Shown: piece after piece, positions 1 through 10,600 of the stretch
How positions within the stretch are numbered: position 1 is the first letter of the stretch
Layout of the letters: every line of letters begins with the position of its first letter
IMG/VR virus record: IMGVR_UViG_3300046499_000591
Location: 15,198 to 79,197 of that record
Length of the DNA stretch: 64,000 nucleotides
Source: a virus
Reading direction: 5' to 3' (one strand)
Notes under the pieces: generated by a model
What the model saw: only the letters and a program-made list of their open reading frames with translations
Told to the model about the DNA's origin: nothing
Database searches by the model: none
Translations under genes and position numbers: made by a program

Positions 1-1
1 C

Positions 2-1435
2 CCTGACGACGAGTTCACCGAACTGGTGGACGCAACCATTCCCCGCGTCGACCTGGTCGACAAGGCCGCGAACGGGACGAGCTTCCTCATCGCCAAGGCG
101 GCCGACGGCAGCCCCGCCGGCCTCATCAATCCGGACATCGTCCGCGGCCTCATCGGCAAGACCGCTGACCCCGAGCCCGAGCCGGCCGCCGACCCCAGCA
201 TCGTGAAGGAAGCGGCCATGGCCACCCCCGAAGACCTCGACCCGACCGTCGTACTCGCCGACCCGGACGAAAAGGTTGGCGGCAACGCCAACACCCCCGG
301 CTCCCCGGCGTGGGAGGCCGTCGACGCGGCCACCGCCCGGAAGTGGACCGCCATCCTCTCCCGCGCCAAGACGGCGCTCCTCGTCATGGAGGACCGCGAA
401 CTCCTCGAGTCCGCGGCCGGCGACGTCGACGCCTACGACTCCGCCCTCGACCTCGACAACGCGGCATGCGCCATCGACTACGCGATCTCGGTCCTTGCAC
501 CGTTCGCCGTCGACGAGCAGGCCGAGGTCGACGCCGCGGACCTGGAAGCGGTCGGGAAGGCCCTCGACGGCTACGACCCGGCCGACCTCGACGTCATCGA
601 ATCGCTGACCCAGGTGGCGAAGGCCGGCCGGTCCCTGTCCGCGTCGAACGAGCGCGCGATCCGGGACGCCGTCGAGTCCCTCACCAAGGTGCTCGCGTCC
701 CTGCCGGCCGCCCCCGAAACCCCGGAGACCGGCCGCCCGGTCACGAAGAAGGAGACCGACATGCCGGAGACCGGCAACGCACCCGAGACCGTCGACGCCC
801 CGGCCGTGGACCCGATCGGCAAGGCCGACGACGAGGGCAAGCCGGCCGCGGTCGCCGTCTACGACGCCAAGGGCAAGCTGGTGGGCATCGTCGCCCCCAC
901 CGACATCACCCCCATCTCCGGGGCCGACGCCGTCGACGAGGAGCCCGAAGCGGCCCCCGAGGCGCCCGCGCCGGCCGCCGCCGACCTCGAGCCGGCCCCG
1001 GCCGCCGCCGTCGGCGTCCCCGCCGAAGAGGTCGCCAAGACCACCGACACCGACTCGGACATTCTCAAGAGCAGCGACTTCCGCGACGTGGTCAAGGGAC
1101 TGCTCGACGAGCACAGCGCCGGCCAGAAGGACCTCATCACCAAGCAGGGTGAGGCCCTCCTCGAGCTGGCGGACCTCGTCGAGACCCTCAAGGGCCAGGT
1201 CAAGGCGCTGGAGGAGCAGCCCGCCGAGCCGCGTGTGTTCGCCAACGGAGCCCAGACGCAGCAGATGCTGCGCGGCCAGGACCGCGGCGCCGCCGCTACC
1301 CAGGTCGACATGGCCAAGGCCCGCGAGCTGAAGAAGGCCATGTACTCCGGTACCGCGCCCGAGCAGAACGCCGCCGCTGTCGAGATGCAGACGGCGGCCA
1401 TCGACGCGCTGATGGCGATCCACCGCGGCGCCTAA
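2..1435 (+). CDS. Prohead protease C-terminal part / capsid scaffolding protein (XkdF-like), probably 5'-truncated
   Basis: Frame open back to position 2. N-terminal VDLVDKAAN-x-x-FLIAK resembles the SLVDxPAN motif of phage prohead proteases; acidic Ala/Pro-rich body with coiled-coil C-terminus; directly upstream of the capsid gene. Confidence 0.7.
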   Translation, partial: PDDEFTELVDATIPRVDLVDKAANGTSFLIAKAADGSPAGLINPDIVRGLIGKTADPEPEPAADPSIVKEAAMATPEDLDPTVVLADPDEKVGGNANTPGSPAWEAVDAATARKWTAILSRAKTALLVMEDRELLESAAGDVDAYDSALDLDNAACAIDYAISVLAPFAVDEQAEVDAADLEAVGKALDGYDPADLDVIESLTQVAKAGRSLSASNERAIRDAVESLTKVLASLPAAPETPETGRPVTKKETDMPETGNAPETVDAPAVDPIGKADDEGKPAAVAVYDAKGKLVGIVAPTDITPISGADAVDEEPEAAPEAPAPAAADLEPAPAAAVGVPAEEVAKTTDTDSDILKSSDFRDVVKGLLDEHSAGQKDLITKQGEALLELADLVETLKGQVKALEEQPAEPRVFANGAQTQQMLRGQDRGAAATQVDMAKARELKKAMYSGTAPEQNAAAVEMQTAAIDALMAIHRGA

Positions 1436-1463
1436 CCGCCGCATCTTCCTTCACCGACCCCCG

Positions 1464-1493
1464 AGCCCCCGGCCTGACGTGCCGGGGGCTTTT
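1464..1493 (+). terminator. Intrinsic terminator-like hairpin before the capsid gene
   Basis: AGCCCCCGGC-CTGACGT-GCCGGGGGCT followed by TTT, then GCATGCCCAGGAGG (RBS). Confidence 0.75.
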
Positions 1494-1513
1494 GCATGCC
1501 CAGGAGGCACCCC

Positions 1514-3010
1514 TTGAGCGCTGCGCTCGAAAACGTCACCGCGGAGACCCTGGACGCCATCAGCAAGGCGCAGACCACGGGCATCCTGACCAACACCGGC
1601 GTCTACAGCTACGACCTGTCCGGACTGGTCAGCCTCATCCCGGTCCACACCCCGTTCCGTGACCTCGTGTCCCGCGTCAAGTCCACGGACGGTAACCCGT
1701 TCGCGAACTGGCGCGCGATCATGGACACGACCGCCGCCCAGCCGGACCCGTCGATGGGCTTCGACTTCGCGGCCAACGAAGTCGTGTTCTCCGAGCAGGA
1801 CTTCCAGGCCCGGTACAAGCCGACCGGCCTCGCCGGCATGGCCACCCAGGACGCCTTCGACCTGGGCACCGGCTACGCCGACCCGTTCCAGATCGCGACG
1901 TTCCAGACCCTGAACCAGGTTCTGATCGGTGACGACCGCAAGCTGATCGGCGGCCAGTCCTTCGCGCTCGCCCGGCCGGCCGCGCCGACCATCGCGCAGG
2001 TCGCGACCGGCGGCACCATCGGCGCCGTCGCCGTGTTCGTCGGTGTCGCGGCCCGCACCGGCTCCGGCTACTACTACGGGTCCGGCAACAGCCAGGGCAA
2101 CTCCGGGTCGACCACGTTCGCGTCGGGCGCCACCAACAGCCTCACCGCGACCGTCGGCGCGGTCCGCGGTGCGGTCGCCTACGACTGGTTCCAGTCGGCG
2201 AACGGCTCGACCTGGTTCTACTACACGACCACCACGGTCAACACCGTCTCGATGAACAAGGTCATCGGCTCGAACCAGGCGCTCCCGTCGGGCATCGCCG
2301 TGCCGGACCTCACGAGCAACTGGAAGGGCGCCGCGGCCACCGTCCCGACGTTCAACGCGGCGGCCGACAACGGGTCGGCCAACGCGAACGACTACGACGG
2401 TTTCCTCGCCAGCCTCAGCGGCGACTACAACGGAAGCGGTCAGTGGGTGCAGCCCGGCACCGGCACCACCAACCCGTCGATCTTCAAGAGCCTCGACGGC
2501 GCCGCGCTGACCCTCTCGGGCGGAAGCGTTCAGGAGATCGAGAACTACATCTTCCTGAACCTGTGGAACCAGATCAAGGCGTCCCCGACCGCGCTCATGA
2601 TGAACGCGCAGCAGGCCCAGGAGATCGCGAACCTGGTCCTCGGCTCGACCTCGGCGACGACCTTCCTGAACACCGACCAGTCCGGGCGCATCAGCGTGAC
2701 CGCGGGTGGCCGGGTCGGCGAGATCGTCAACGCCCCGGCCGGCGGCATCACCGTGCCCATCGAGGTCCACACCTCGCTGCCCCCGGGCACGATCATCGCC
2801 CGCACCGACCGCGTGCCTTTCCCCCAGGCCAACATCTCGAACGTCCTCGAGTACCGGAACCTGCGCGACTGCGCGCAGTTCGACTACGGCATCAGCCGCA
2901 ACCCCGGCGTGGCCGGCGGCGGCCCCCGCCGCGAGTTCGAGATCCGCTCCGTCGGCGCGTTCGTGAACCGCGCCCCCGTCGCGATGGCGACCCTCTCCAA
3001 CGTCGGCTAA
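1514..3010 (+). CDS. Major capsid protein (HK97-like fold inferred) with an internal beta-rich insertion
   Basis: GGAGG RBS 6 nt before TTG at 1514; about 498 aa; position between scaffold and connector genes; N-terminal YDL...LIPVHTPFRD and C-terminal GAFVNRAP..LSNV capsid-like pattern. Confidence 0.8.
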   Translation: MSAALENVTAETLDAISKAQTTGILTNTGVYSYDLSGLVSLIPVHTPFRDLVSRVKSTDGNPFANWRAIMDTTAAQPDPSMGFDFAANEVVFSEQDFQARYKPTGLAGMATQDAFDLGTGYADPFQIATFQTLNQVLIGDDRKLIGGQSFALARPAAPTIAQVATGGTIGAVAVFVGVAARTGSGYYYGSGNSQGNSGSTTFASGATNSLTATVGAVRGAVAYDWFQSANGSTWFYYTTTTVNTVSMNKVIGSNQALPSGIAVPDLTSNWKGAAATVPTFNAAADNGSANANDYDGFLASLSGDYNGSGQWVQPGTGTTNPSIFKSLDGAALTLSGGSVQEIENYIFLNLWNQIKASPTALMMNAQQAQEIANLVLGSTSATTFLNTDQSGRISVTAGGRVGEIVNAPAGGITVPIEVHTSLPPGTIIARTDRVPFPQANISNVLEYRNLRDCAQFDYGISRNPGVAGGGPRREFEIRSVGAFVNRAPVAMATLSNVG

Positions 3011-3016
3011 GCCCGT

Positions 3017-3048
3017 CGGGGCCCCGCAGCACCCGCTGCGGGGCCCCG
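3017..3048 (+). terminator. 14-bp hairpin after the capsid gene
   Basis: CGGGGCCCCGCAGC-ACCC-GCTGCGGGGCCCCG perfect stem. Confidence 0.6.
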
Positions 3049-3095
3049 GCCCGGCGTCCTCCCGTCTTCCCTCACCCCTCTTGATTGGAGCAGGC

Positions 3096-3488
3096 ATGCG
3101 CCTGTACTCGCGCATGGGCACCGTCGCCCTTGACGACCCCGAATACGGCAACTTCCAGGCCGATGCGGCCGGCGGCTTCGACTTCCCCGACGAGGTGTCG
3201 GACCGGCTCCACGGTTTCCACTTCCGCGGCAAGCCGATGTGGGAGACGGACGTCGAGCGGCAGAACCGCCTCATGTCCGAGGAGCTGGAGCGCCGCAAGG
3301 ACCCCGCAACGCTGCTGTCCGCGGTCGAGCAGCTCGTCAAGGCCGCGTCCGCGACCGCCGCCCTCACCGCCCAGGCCCCCGCCGCGCCCGCGCCGGCCCC
3401 CGCCGAGCCCGTCACGCCGGCCGAGCCGGCACCTGCGGCCAAGAAGGCCCCCGCCAAGCGATCCGCCGCCAAGACGGCCGACCAGTAA
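3096..3488 (+). CDS. Small virion accessory protein with Ala/Pro/Lys-rich tail
   Basis: GGAG RBS then ATG at 3096; position immediately after the capsid gene; high-GC codon pattern. Confidence 0.6.
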   Translation: MRLYSRMGTVALDDPEYGNFQADAAGGFDFPDEVSDRLHGFHFRGKPMWETDVERQNRLMSEELERRKDPATLLSAVEQLVKAASATAALTAQAPAAPAPAPAEPVTPAEPAPAAKKAPAKRSAAKTADQ

Positions 3489-3514
3489 CCCGGCCCCGAG
3501 GGAGGTGACCGCCC

Positions 3515-4363
3515 ATGGCTGCCACCCCGTACGTGACCGCCGCCGAGTTCGTCGCTCACCCGACGTACCTGGACCTCGAGACGCTACGCCCCGGCATCAT
3601 GGACCCGGACGCGCAGACGGCCGAGCTGACGAACGTGCTCCTCATGTCGTCCGCTTGGGCCGACAACGTCTGTAACCAGCCGCTCGGCGCGCACCGCGTC
3701 GACCTCGGCACCCAGGGCCGCATCGACGCGGACGGCAACTTGATTGTCTTCCCGTCGGACCGGCCCGTACTGTCCGTCGACGCGGTCTCCTACGGCTCCA
3801 CGTTCTCCCGCATGGCGTACGTCCCCCGGCCGGCGGCGAGGGTCGACAAGAACCAGACGATCTATGTCCCCGTCGGGGGAACCGCGACCCGCGGCCGCGT
3901 CTGGGTCGACATCACGTACACGGCCGGCTGGGTATCCACCCTTCTCGCCGAGGACGCGTTCGCCGGCGTCAACTCGCTGACCGTCCTCGACCCCACCGGC
4001 ATCATGCCCGGCGCCTCCTACCGACTGTGGGAGCCCGGCGTCGAGGAGACCGTCACCGTCGCCCCGACCTGGACCCCGCCACCCGTCACGGCCCCGGCAA
4101 CGCCCGTAGCGGTACCGCTGACCGCCCCGACCATGCACGCCCACAACGAGGGCGCCGGATGGTCCGGCATGCCGGCAGACATGCGCCTGGCGGTCGTCAA
4201 CTACACGATCAGTCAACTGATGCGCCCGGACACCGCGGCGGAGGACTCCTACCCGGACACCTCACTGTCCGCCGGCACCCGCCAAGCGGACAGCCGTAGG
4301 GACGGCAGCGGCCTCGTCCGCGAGGCCGAACGGATCCTCGGCTCGTATGCGAGGCGCATGTGA
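3515..4363 (+). CDS. Head-to-tail adaptor/connector
   Basis: GGAGG RBS; YVT-x-AEF N-terminus, ITYTAGW, P-x-DMRLAVV and EAERILGSY-x-R C-terminus typical of gp15/gp6-like adaptors. Confidence 0.7.
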   Translation: MAATPYVTAAEFVAHPTYLDLETLRPGIMDPDAQTAELTNVLLMSSAWADNVCNQPLGAHRVDLGTQGRIDADGNLIVFPSDRPVLSVDAVSYGSTFSRMAYVPRPAARVDKNQTIYVPVGGTATRGRVWVDITYTAGWVSTLLAEDAFAGVNSLTVLDPTGIMPGASYRLWEPGVEETVTVAPTWTPPPVTAPATPVAVPLTAPTMHAHNEGAGWSGMPADMRLAVVNYTISQLMRPDTAAEDSYPDTSLSAGTRQADSRRDGSGLVREAERILGSYARRM

Positions 4364-4896
4364 GCGTCCAAGAAGCCCTCGACGGCATGTGCCGCTACTT
4401 CGGCGGCGACTACGACCCGCAGACCCGCACCTACCGCTCGTCCCCGCTGTCGAAATACGGCGTCGGTGTCGTGCGTCGGGCGTGGGGGAAACGCGACGAC
4501 CACGCCGACTACTTCTGGGGCCAGCCCCCCGGCTCCCGCACCGGTTGCCAGATCGTGGTGTTCATCCCCCGGCACTCCGAGCGGCGGATCACCGTCGGCG
4601 GCGAGCACGGCGGCATGAAGCAAGTCACCTACGAGGTGACGCTCAACTGCTACATCCGATCGAACAGCGGCTACGCCGAGGACGCCCAAGACGACGTCCA
4701 CGCCCTCCGTGACGCCCTCGTCGAACACATGCGGAAAGACCGCACCCTCGGCGGCGCGGTCTTCCAGGCCGGCGAGCACACCGACGGCGGCATGGACGGA
4801 ATCGACTTCCGATACGCCCAGCCCGAGACCAAGGCCGAACTCACCAAGTCGTTCCTCGAGATCACGTTCGCCGCGATCGAGTTCGTCAACGCCTGA
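4360..4896 (+). CDS. Head-tail completion / tail terminator-like protein
   Basis: GTGA overlap with the adaptor; LVEHMRKDRTLGG motif; synteny. Confidence 0.55.
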   Translation: MSVQEALDGMCRYFGGDYDPQTRTYRSSPLSKYGVGVVRRAWGKRDDHADYFWGQPPGSRTGCQIVVFIPRHSERRITVGGEHGGMKQVTYEVTLNCYIRSNSGYAEDAQDDVHALRDALVEHMRKDRTLGGAVFQAGEHTDGGMDGIDFRYAQPETKAELTKSFLEITFAAIEFVNA

Positions 4897-4941
4897 CCGG
4901 CCGCATCTTCCCCCGCCCCCTTCTCTGCCTGCGGAGTCCGC

Positions 4942-5277
4942 ATGCCCACTTCCAAGTCCGCCAAGGACACCGACCCGACGCCGCAGCCGGAACCGTCCGC
5001 CGCGCCGGCCGCCGTCGACACCCCCGCGCCGGCCCCCGCCGAGGCACCCGATCCGGCCGACACGACCGGGCCGCCCCCGGGCGTCTACGCCTACTCGTAC
5101 TTCGCCGACTGCGTGTACCCGCACGTCCCGCTGTCCGCCCGCGCCGCGACCGCCGACGCCCCCGCGACCATCTTCGACTGGCCTTTCGGGCCGCCCGACG
5201 ACGGCCGCTGGACCCCGACCAGCAAGAGCCCGAACCAGGCCGCCGACAATGCGCCGGCGCCCTCCAGCGAGGAGTAA
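4942..5277 (+). CDS. Hypothetical virion-associated protein
   Basis: GGAG RBS; fills the gap before the tail tube gene; Pro/Ala-rich N-terminus. Confidence 0.55.
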   Translation: MPTSKSAKDTDPTPQPEPSAAPAAVDTPAPAPAEAPDPADTTGPPPGVYAYSYFADCVYPHVPLSARAATADAPATIFDWPFGPPDDGRWTPTSKSPNQAADNAPAPSSEE

Positions 5278-5280
5278 CCG

Positions 5281-6531
5281 GTGGCCCCGACGCCCGTAAC
5301 CTATGCACCCGCGAAGCAGTTCATCGGCATCGCCACCGAGACCACCCAGGGAACGCCGGTCCCGATGACGGCGACGATCCTCGTCGACGAGGCCAAGCCC
5401 AAGGACAACCCCCAGTTCCTCGACGACAAGTCGTGGCGTGGGTCGATGGGCACCGACAGCTTCGCCAAGATCGCCGGCACGAAGATAGCCGAGGTCGAAC
5501 TCGGCGGCCCCGCATACGGCGACGCCCTCGGCTATTTCATGCGGAACATCCTCGGTGACCTCTCCTGCACCGGCACGTCGACCGGTACGGGCGGTACCAC
5601 GCTGTCCGCGCCCGGCCTCGTCGGCGCCGCCTCGATCAGCACCGCGGCGACCATCCCGGCCGGCACGACTGTGCAGATCGGCAGCGGCGCGACCGCCGAG
5701 TGCTTCGTCACCGGCACGCCCACCGGCTCCGGCCCGTACACCATCCCGCTCGCCACCCCGGCCGGCGGCCTCGTGTACGGGCACGCCGCCTCGCAGCCCG
5801 TGCAGCCCGTCACCGCCCCGTTCACGCAGGCCCACTCCCTGCTGAACTCCGGCGGCGGCCAGCCGGTGTCGCACACCATCACGCACTTCCTCGGCCCGAC
5901 CGCGACGTCCGGGGCACGCCAGTACCCGGGCTTCTGCATGTCCGAACTCGGCCTCAAATGGAACGCTGAGAGCGAGCTTTTGACGTGGTCCGGCAAGGGC
6001 ACGTCGTGGCCGTCCGTCCCGGCCGGCGCTGCGCCCGTCGCCGCCCCGTCGCTGACCCTGCCTGTCGCCTCCTGGCGCATGGTCGTCGGTATCGGCGGCC
6101 CCGCGGTCGGCGGGACGCTCGTCAACACCATCACCGACGGCGAGCTGACGATCAAGCGGGAGCTGTCCCCGTACTACACGGTGTCGGGCACCCAGAACCC
6201 GTACATCATCCAGCGCGGCGGCCTCAGCGTCGAAGGCAAGCTGAACTTCATCGCGGCCGACGAGTCCCCGCTGCTCTGGATGCTGAACAACACCCAGCCG
6301 CAGCTTCAGCTCTACCTCGACAACGGCCTCACCGGCGCGAACAAGCTCGTCTTCCAGGTCGATTGCCAGATCGCGGCGTTCACCGAGTCCGAGGCCGACG
6401 GCACCAAGTCGGCCGTGGAGTACGGCAACGGCTTCCAGGCGCTGTTCAACACCACCAACGCCGGCGGCAGCGGCGGCTACTCGCCGATCAAGGCCAGCCT
6501 CACCAACAGCGTCCCGGCCGGCACCTACTAA
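5281..6531 (+). CDS. Major tail tube protein (non-contractile tail) with an inserted beta-domain
   Basis: GGAG RBS; FIGIATETTQGTP N-terminus and QRGGLSVEGKL motif typical of siphovirus tube proteins; upstream of chaperone and tape measure genes. Confidence 0.75.
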   Translation: MAPTPVTYAPAKQFIGIATETTQGTPVPMTATILVDEAKPKDNPQFLDDKSWRGSMGTDSFAKIAGTKIAEVELGGPAYGDALGYFMRNILGDLSCTGTSTGTGGTTLSAPGLVGAASISTAATIPAGTTVQIGSGATAECFVTGTPTGSGPYTIPLATPAGGLVYGHAASQPVQPVTAPFTQAHSLLNSGGGQPVSHTITHFLGPTATSGARQYPGFCMSELGLKWNAESELLTWSGKGTSWPSVPAGAAPVAAPSLTLPVASWRMVVGIGGPAVGGTLVNTITDGELTIKRELSPYYTVSGTQNPYIIQRGGLSVEGKLNFIAADESPLLWMLNNTQPQLQLYLDNGLTGANKLVFQVDCQIAAFTESEADGTKSAVEYGNGFQALFNTTNAGGSGGYSPIKASLTNSVPAGTY

Positions 6532-6587
6532 GCCCCGCCGGCGCCACCCCACCCCCTTCACGTCTTCGCCCTCGAATCGGAGCCCTC

Positions 6588-6950
6588 ATGTCTGTCACCG
6601 AACGCGTCACCCTCCCGTCCGGCGGATGGGTCCAGCTGCGCGACCCGCACACCCTCCGCCGCGGCGACAAGCAGAGGGCGATGCGTGCCGTCCAGGACAC
6701 CGACGCCGGAGAACTGTCCCAGGCCCTTGACCTCATCAACGGCCTCCTCACCGTCCTCATCATCGACTGGTCGTACCCGTACCCGATCCCCAGCGAGACG
6801 CCCGGGTCCCTGGACCTCATCCCGCTCGAGGACGACGACGCGCTCTCCGAGTCCGTCGAGGCGGCCCGCACCCTCCTCTTCCCGGGTAAGCCCGACCCGG
6901 TGAAGGACTCGAAGGACCCGGCGTCCCCTATCGAGCCCTCCGCCGACTAA
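6588..6950 (+). CDS. Tail assembly chaperone (gpG-like)
   Basis: GGAG RBS, ATG at 6588; lies between tail tube and tape measure genes. Confidence 0.75.
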   Translation: MSVTERVTLPSGGWVQLRDPHTLRRGDKQRAMRAVQDTDAGELSQALDLINGLLTVLIIDWSYPYPIPSETPGSLDLIPLEDDDALSESVEAARTLLFPGKPDPVKDSKDPASPIEPSAD

Positions 6951-7174
6951 GGGCGCGGCTGGAGGGGCACACCGTCCCGCCCACCCACCCCATCACCGTC
7001 GTCGACCGGGCGTACGACTACCTCTGGTACGCCGAGCGGTACCGATGGACGCCGGCCCAGGTCGACGAGATCCCGGCGTGGCTGGACGTGTGGCTGCCGT
7101 TGATGGCCTCGGAGGTCGACGCCGCGAAGGAAGCGGCCCACGACAAGGCGATGCGGGAAGCCGAAAGGGGGTGA
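6890..7174 (+). CDS. Tail assembly chaperone gpT-like extension (-1 frame, no start codon of its own)
   Basis: -1 frame open 6890-7174, reading ...YRALRRLRARLEGH...YLWYAERYRWTPAQVDEIPAW...; overlaps the end of gpG; absent from the supplied ORF track. Confidence 0.7.
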   Translation, partial: ARPGEGLEGPGVPYRALRRLRARLEGHTVPPTHPITVVDRAYDYLWYAERYRWTPAQVDEIPAWLDVWLPLMASEVDAAKEAAHDKAMREAERG

Positions 7175-7178
7175 CCGC

Positions 7179-7640
7179 ATGGCCGGGTCGTCCGTCGAGG
7201 TCATCGGCGTCGCCCAACTAAACCGCGCGTTCGAGGGCATGGTCGCGTCGCTGAACGCGGCGACGCGGACCGCGACGGGGCAGGCATCCCACCTCCTCGA
7301 GCGGCACATCAAGGCCACGCTGGCGACGTCCAGTCACCCGCGGGGCACACCGACGCCCTCGAGCCCGGGGGAGCCCCCGTCACTCGTGACGGGCACCCTG
7401 CGCCGTTCCATCTCCGTGAAGGGCCCCGTCCCGCTCGGCATGGGCCGGTGGGAGGCCCAGGTCGGTCCGACGGCCGTGTACGGGCGGATCCAGGAACTCG
7501 GCGGCGTCACCGGCCGCGGAGGCGCCACCGTGCTACCCGCCCGCCCGTACGTACGCCCGTCGTACGAACGGCTCGCCGCGAGCGGCGCACTAACCAACCT
7601 CTACCACTCGGCATGGCGCGCAGCCATCAACCGCCACTGA
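7179..7640 (+). CDS. HK97 gp10-like tail completion/neck protein
   Basis: P-x-x-x-TGTLRRSI, VGPTAVYGRIQELGG and PARPYVRPS motifs. Confidence 0.75.
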   Translation: MAGSSVEVIGVAQLNRAFEGMVASLNAATRTATGQASHLLERHIKATLATSSHPRGTPTPSSPGEPPSLVTGTLRRSISVKGPVPLGMGRWEAQVGPTAVYGRIQELGGVTGRGGATVLPARPYVRPSYERLAASGALTNLYHSAWRAAINRH

Positions 7641-7685
7641 CGTAACACGCGCCCGGAGGCGCCCAACCCTGGAAAGGGGGGCGCC

Positions 7686-10600
7686 GTGTCCGAGGGCACC
7701 CTTCTCCCGCCCGTAGTCGTCCGCCTCATGGGCGACATGACCCAGCTTCGCGGCACCCTCGCGACGGCTCGTACGCAGGTCGACGGCACGGCGAGCGGGT
7801 TCAAGAAGGCCGGCGCCACCGCGTACGCCGGCCTCGCCCAGATGGGCCGCTCGGTGTCCCTGATCGGCGTGGGTGTCGCCGCGGCCAGCGTCAAAATGGC
7901 CGGCGACTTCCAGGCGAAGACGATGGTCCTGCATACCGCGGCCGGCGAGAGCGTCAAGAACCTCGCCACGGTCCGGAAGGGCATCCTCGACATCTCGTCC
8001 GGCACCGGTACCGGCATCGAGAACTTGACCGACGGCATGTACCAGATTGAGAAGGCCGGTTACCGCGGCGCCGGCGGCCTCAAGGTACTCAAGGCCGCGT
8101 CCCAGGGCGCCCGCGAGGAGAACGCATCCCTCGAGTCCGTCACCAACGCGATGACGTCGGTGATGGCGTCGTACCACCTCAAGGCCACGGACTCCGTCCG
8201 TGTCATGAATGGTATGAAAACGGCCGCCGGCGAGGGCAAGATGACCATGGAGGAGTTCGCCGGCTCCCTGTCGACGGTCCTCCCCATCGCCTCGGCGAAC
8301 AACATCAGTTTCGGACAGGTGTCCGGCGCCCTCGCAACGCTCACCCAGCACGGTACGAGCGCCCGCGAGGGCACCCAGGAACTCGCCAACACCATCCGGA
8401 ACCTGGCCGCGCCCAACAACGTCGCGACGTCGACAATGCAGCGGTTCGGACTGTCCTCCACGGACGTCTCCACCAAGCTCGGCAAGCGAGGTCTGACCGG
8501 CACACTGGACCTGCTCACCAAGACCGTGCTCGGGAAGATGGGCAAGTCCGGCACAGTCCTGCTCTCGGCGTTCAACAACTCCAAGCAGGCCGCCTCCAAC
8601 CTCAAGACGATGCTCGAGCAGATGCCTGCCGGCGTGAGGAAACTCGCGACGGGTCTGCAAAACGGCTCGACGAACGTCAAGGCGTACGGCAAGGCAATCA
8701 AACAACTGCCGGCCGACCAGTACGCGATGGGGCAGCAGTTCGCGACCCTCTACGAGAAGTCGCACGGCTTCAACGACGCCCTCAAGCGGGGCGGGCCGGC
8801 GGCGTCCACGTACACCGACTCCATCAAGAAGATGACCGGCGGCGCGACCGGCCTCAACACCACCCTGATGCTCACCGGTGAGAACACCGAGGGATTCAAG
8901 GACCGGGTCGGGAAGGTCAGCGCGTCGTTCAACCACGCCTCCAAGAACGTCGAGGGCTGGGACGCCACCCAGAAGCTTTTCAACGTCCAGATGGCGAAGG
9001 CCAAGCAGACCCTGCAAGTCCTCGCCATCGAGATCGGCACCAAGCTGATACCGGTCATCACGTCCGTGATCAGTTGGTTCGGGAAGCACAAGGACATCGC
9101 CGTCGCCCTCGCGGCGGTCATCGGCGGTGTCCTCGCCCTGTCCGTCGTCGCCTACGCGGCGAAACTCGTCACGAGTGCAGCCAAGACCGTCGGCTCCTTC
9201 GCCAAGATGGGTGTCTCTGGGGTCAAGGCCGGCGCCAACGTCGTCAAGGGCTTCCGTAGCGCTTCCGTCGCCGCGTCCGACGCGTCGGGGATGGCGGGGA
9301 CGTTCGGCGGCAAGCTCCGCAAGGGGTTCGACGCCGCGGCGCGGGGCGCGAAGTCGGCCGGTGGCGCGGTGAAGACCTTCGCCTCCGCCGTCGGCCGGGT
9401 GTCGGCGAGCGCGGGCAAGGCGGCCTGGTCGGGCCTCGTGTCCGGCATCAAGGGCGTGGGCGGGGCCATGAAGACGGCCGCCGTGCAGTCCGCGTCCTTC
9501 ATACGCAGCATGGCCGCGTCGGCGCTCGCCGGGCTTCGGGCGGCCGCCGCGTGGACGGCGCAGAAGGTTGCGCTCGTCGCGTCCGCCATCGCGGAGAAGG
9601 CCGCCGCGCTCGCCCAGTGGGCGCTGAACGTGGCGATGGACGCCAACCCGATGATGCTCATCGTCCTCGGCATCGTCGCCCTCGTCGCCGGCCTGGTCCT
9701 GGCCTACAACAAAATCGGCTGGTTCCGGGACCTCTGCAACGCCGCCTTCCACATGATCGGCGCCGCGGTCGGCTGGGTCGTCGACTTCGTCAAGGCGCAC
9801 TGGCCGTTGCTGCTCGCGATCCTCACCGGCCCCATCGGTATCGCGGTCCTCCTGATCGTCAAATACTGGGGCAAGATCAAATCCGGCTTCCTGAGCGCCT
9901 ACCACGGCACCGTCAACGTCGGAAAGTCCCTGGTCAACTGGATCTCCGGCCTACCCGGGCGGGCGGGGAGCGCCCTGGCCTCCCTCGGCTCCCGGATCGT
10001 GTCGATTGCCACGCGCGCCTGGAACAGCTTCAAGACGGCCACGGTCAACAAGGCCGTTGACCTGATTGCGTGGGTCAAGGGCCTCCCCGGCAAGATCAAA
10101 TCGGGGCTCGGCAACATGGGCAGCCTCCTCCTGTCTGCCGGCAAGGACCTGATCACCGGCTTCATCCACGGTGTCTCGTCGATGGCCTCGGCCGCAATCG
10201 ACAAGGTCAAGTCGATCGGCTCGTCCGCGGTGTCGGGCATCAAGCACGTCTTCGGTATCCGCTCGCCGTCGCGAGTGTTCCGGCAGATCGGTATCTACCT
10301 CAACGAGGGCCTGGTCGACGGTCTCACCGGCAGCACCGCCAAGGTGAAGACGGCGACGAAGCGTATCGAGACCCTCCTCATGCAGACCTACAACAAGGTC
10401 TCCGACCTCAAGGGCACCCACGGCGTCAGCAACAAGTGGGTGAAGCAGCACGAGGCATCGATCAAGAAGCTCGAGGCGTACGCCAAGAGGGAAGACAAGA
10501 TCCTTCGCGCCCTCGCGTCCAAGCGTGACGCGGTCGCCGTCAAGATCAAGGCGGCACAGAAGACCCTCACGGATCTTCAGAAGAAGTGGACCGACGAGGT

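Noticed and set aside
6881-6890. CCCGGGT as the tail chaperone slippery site
   Set aside because: In phase, but a -1 slip meets TAA (6887-6889) at the next codon, so it cannot produce the fusion.
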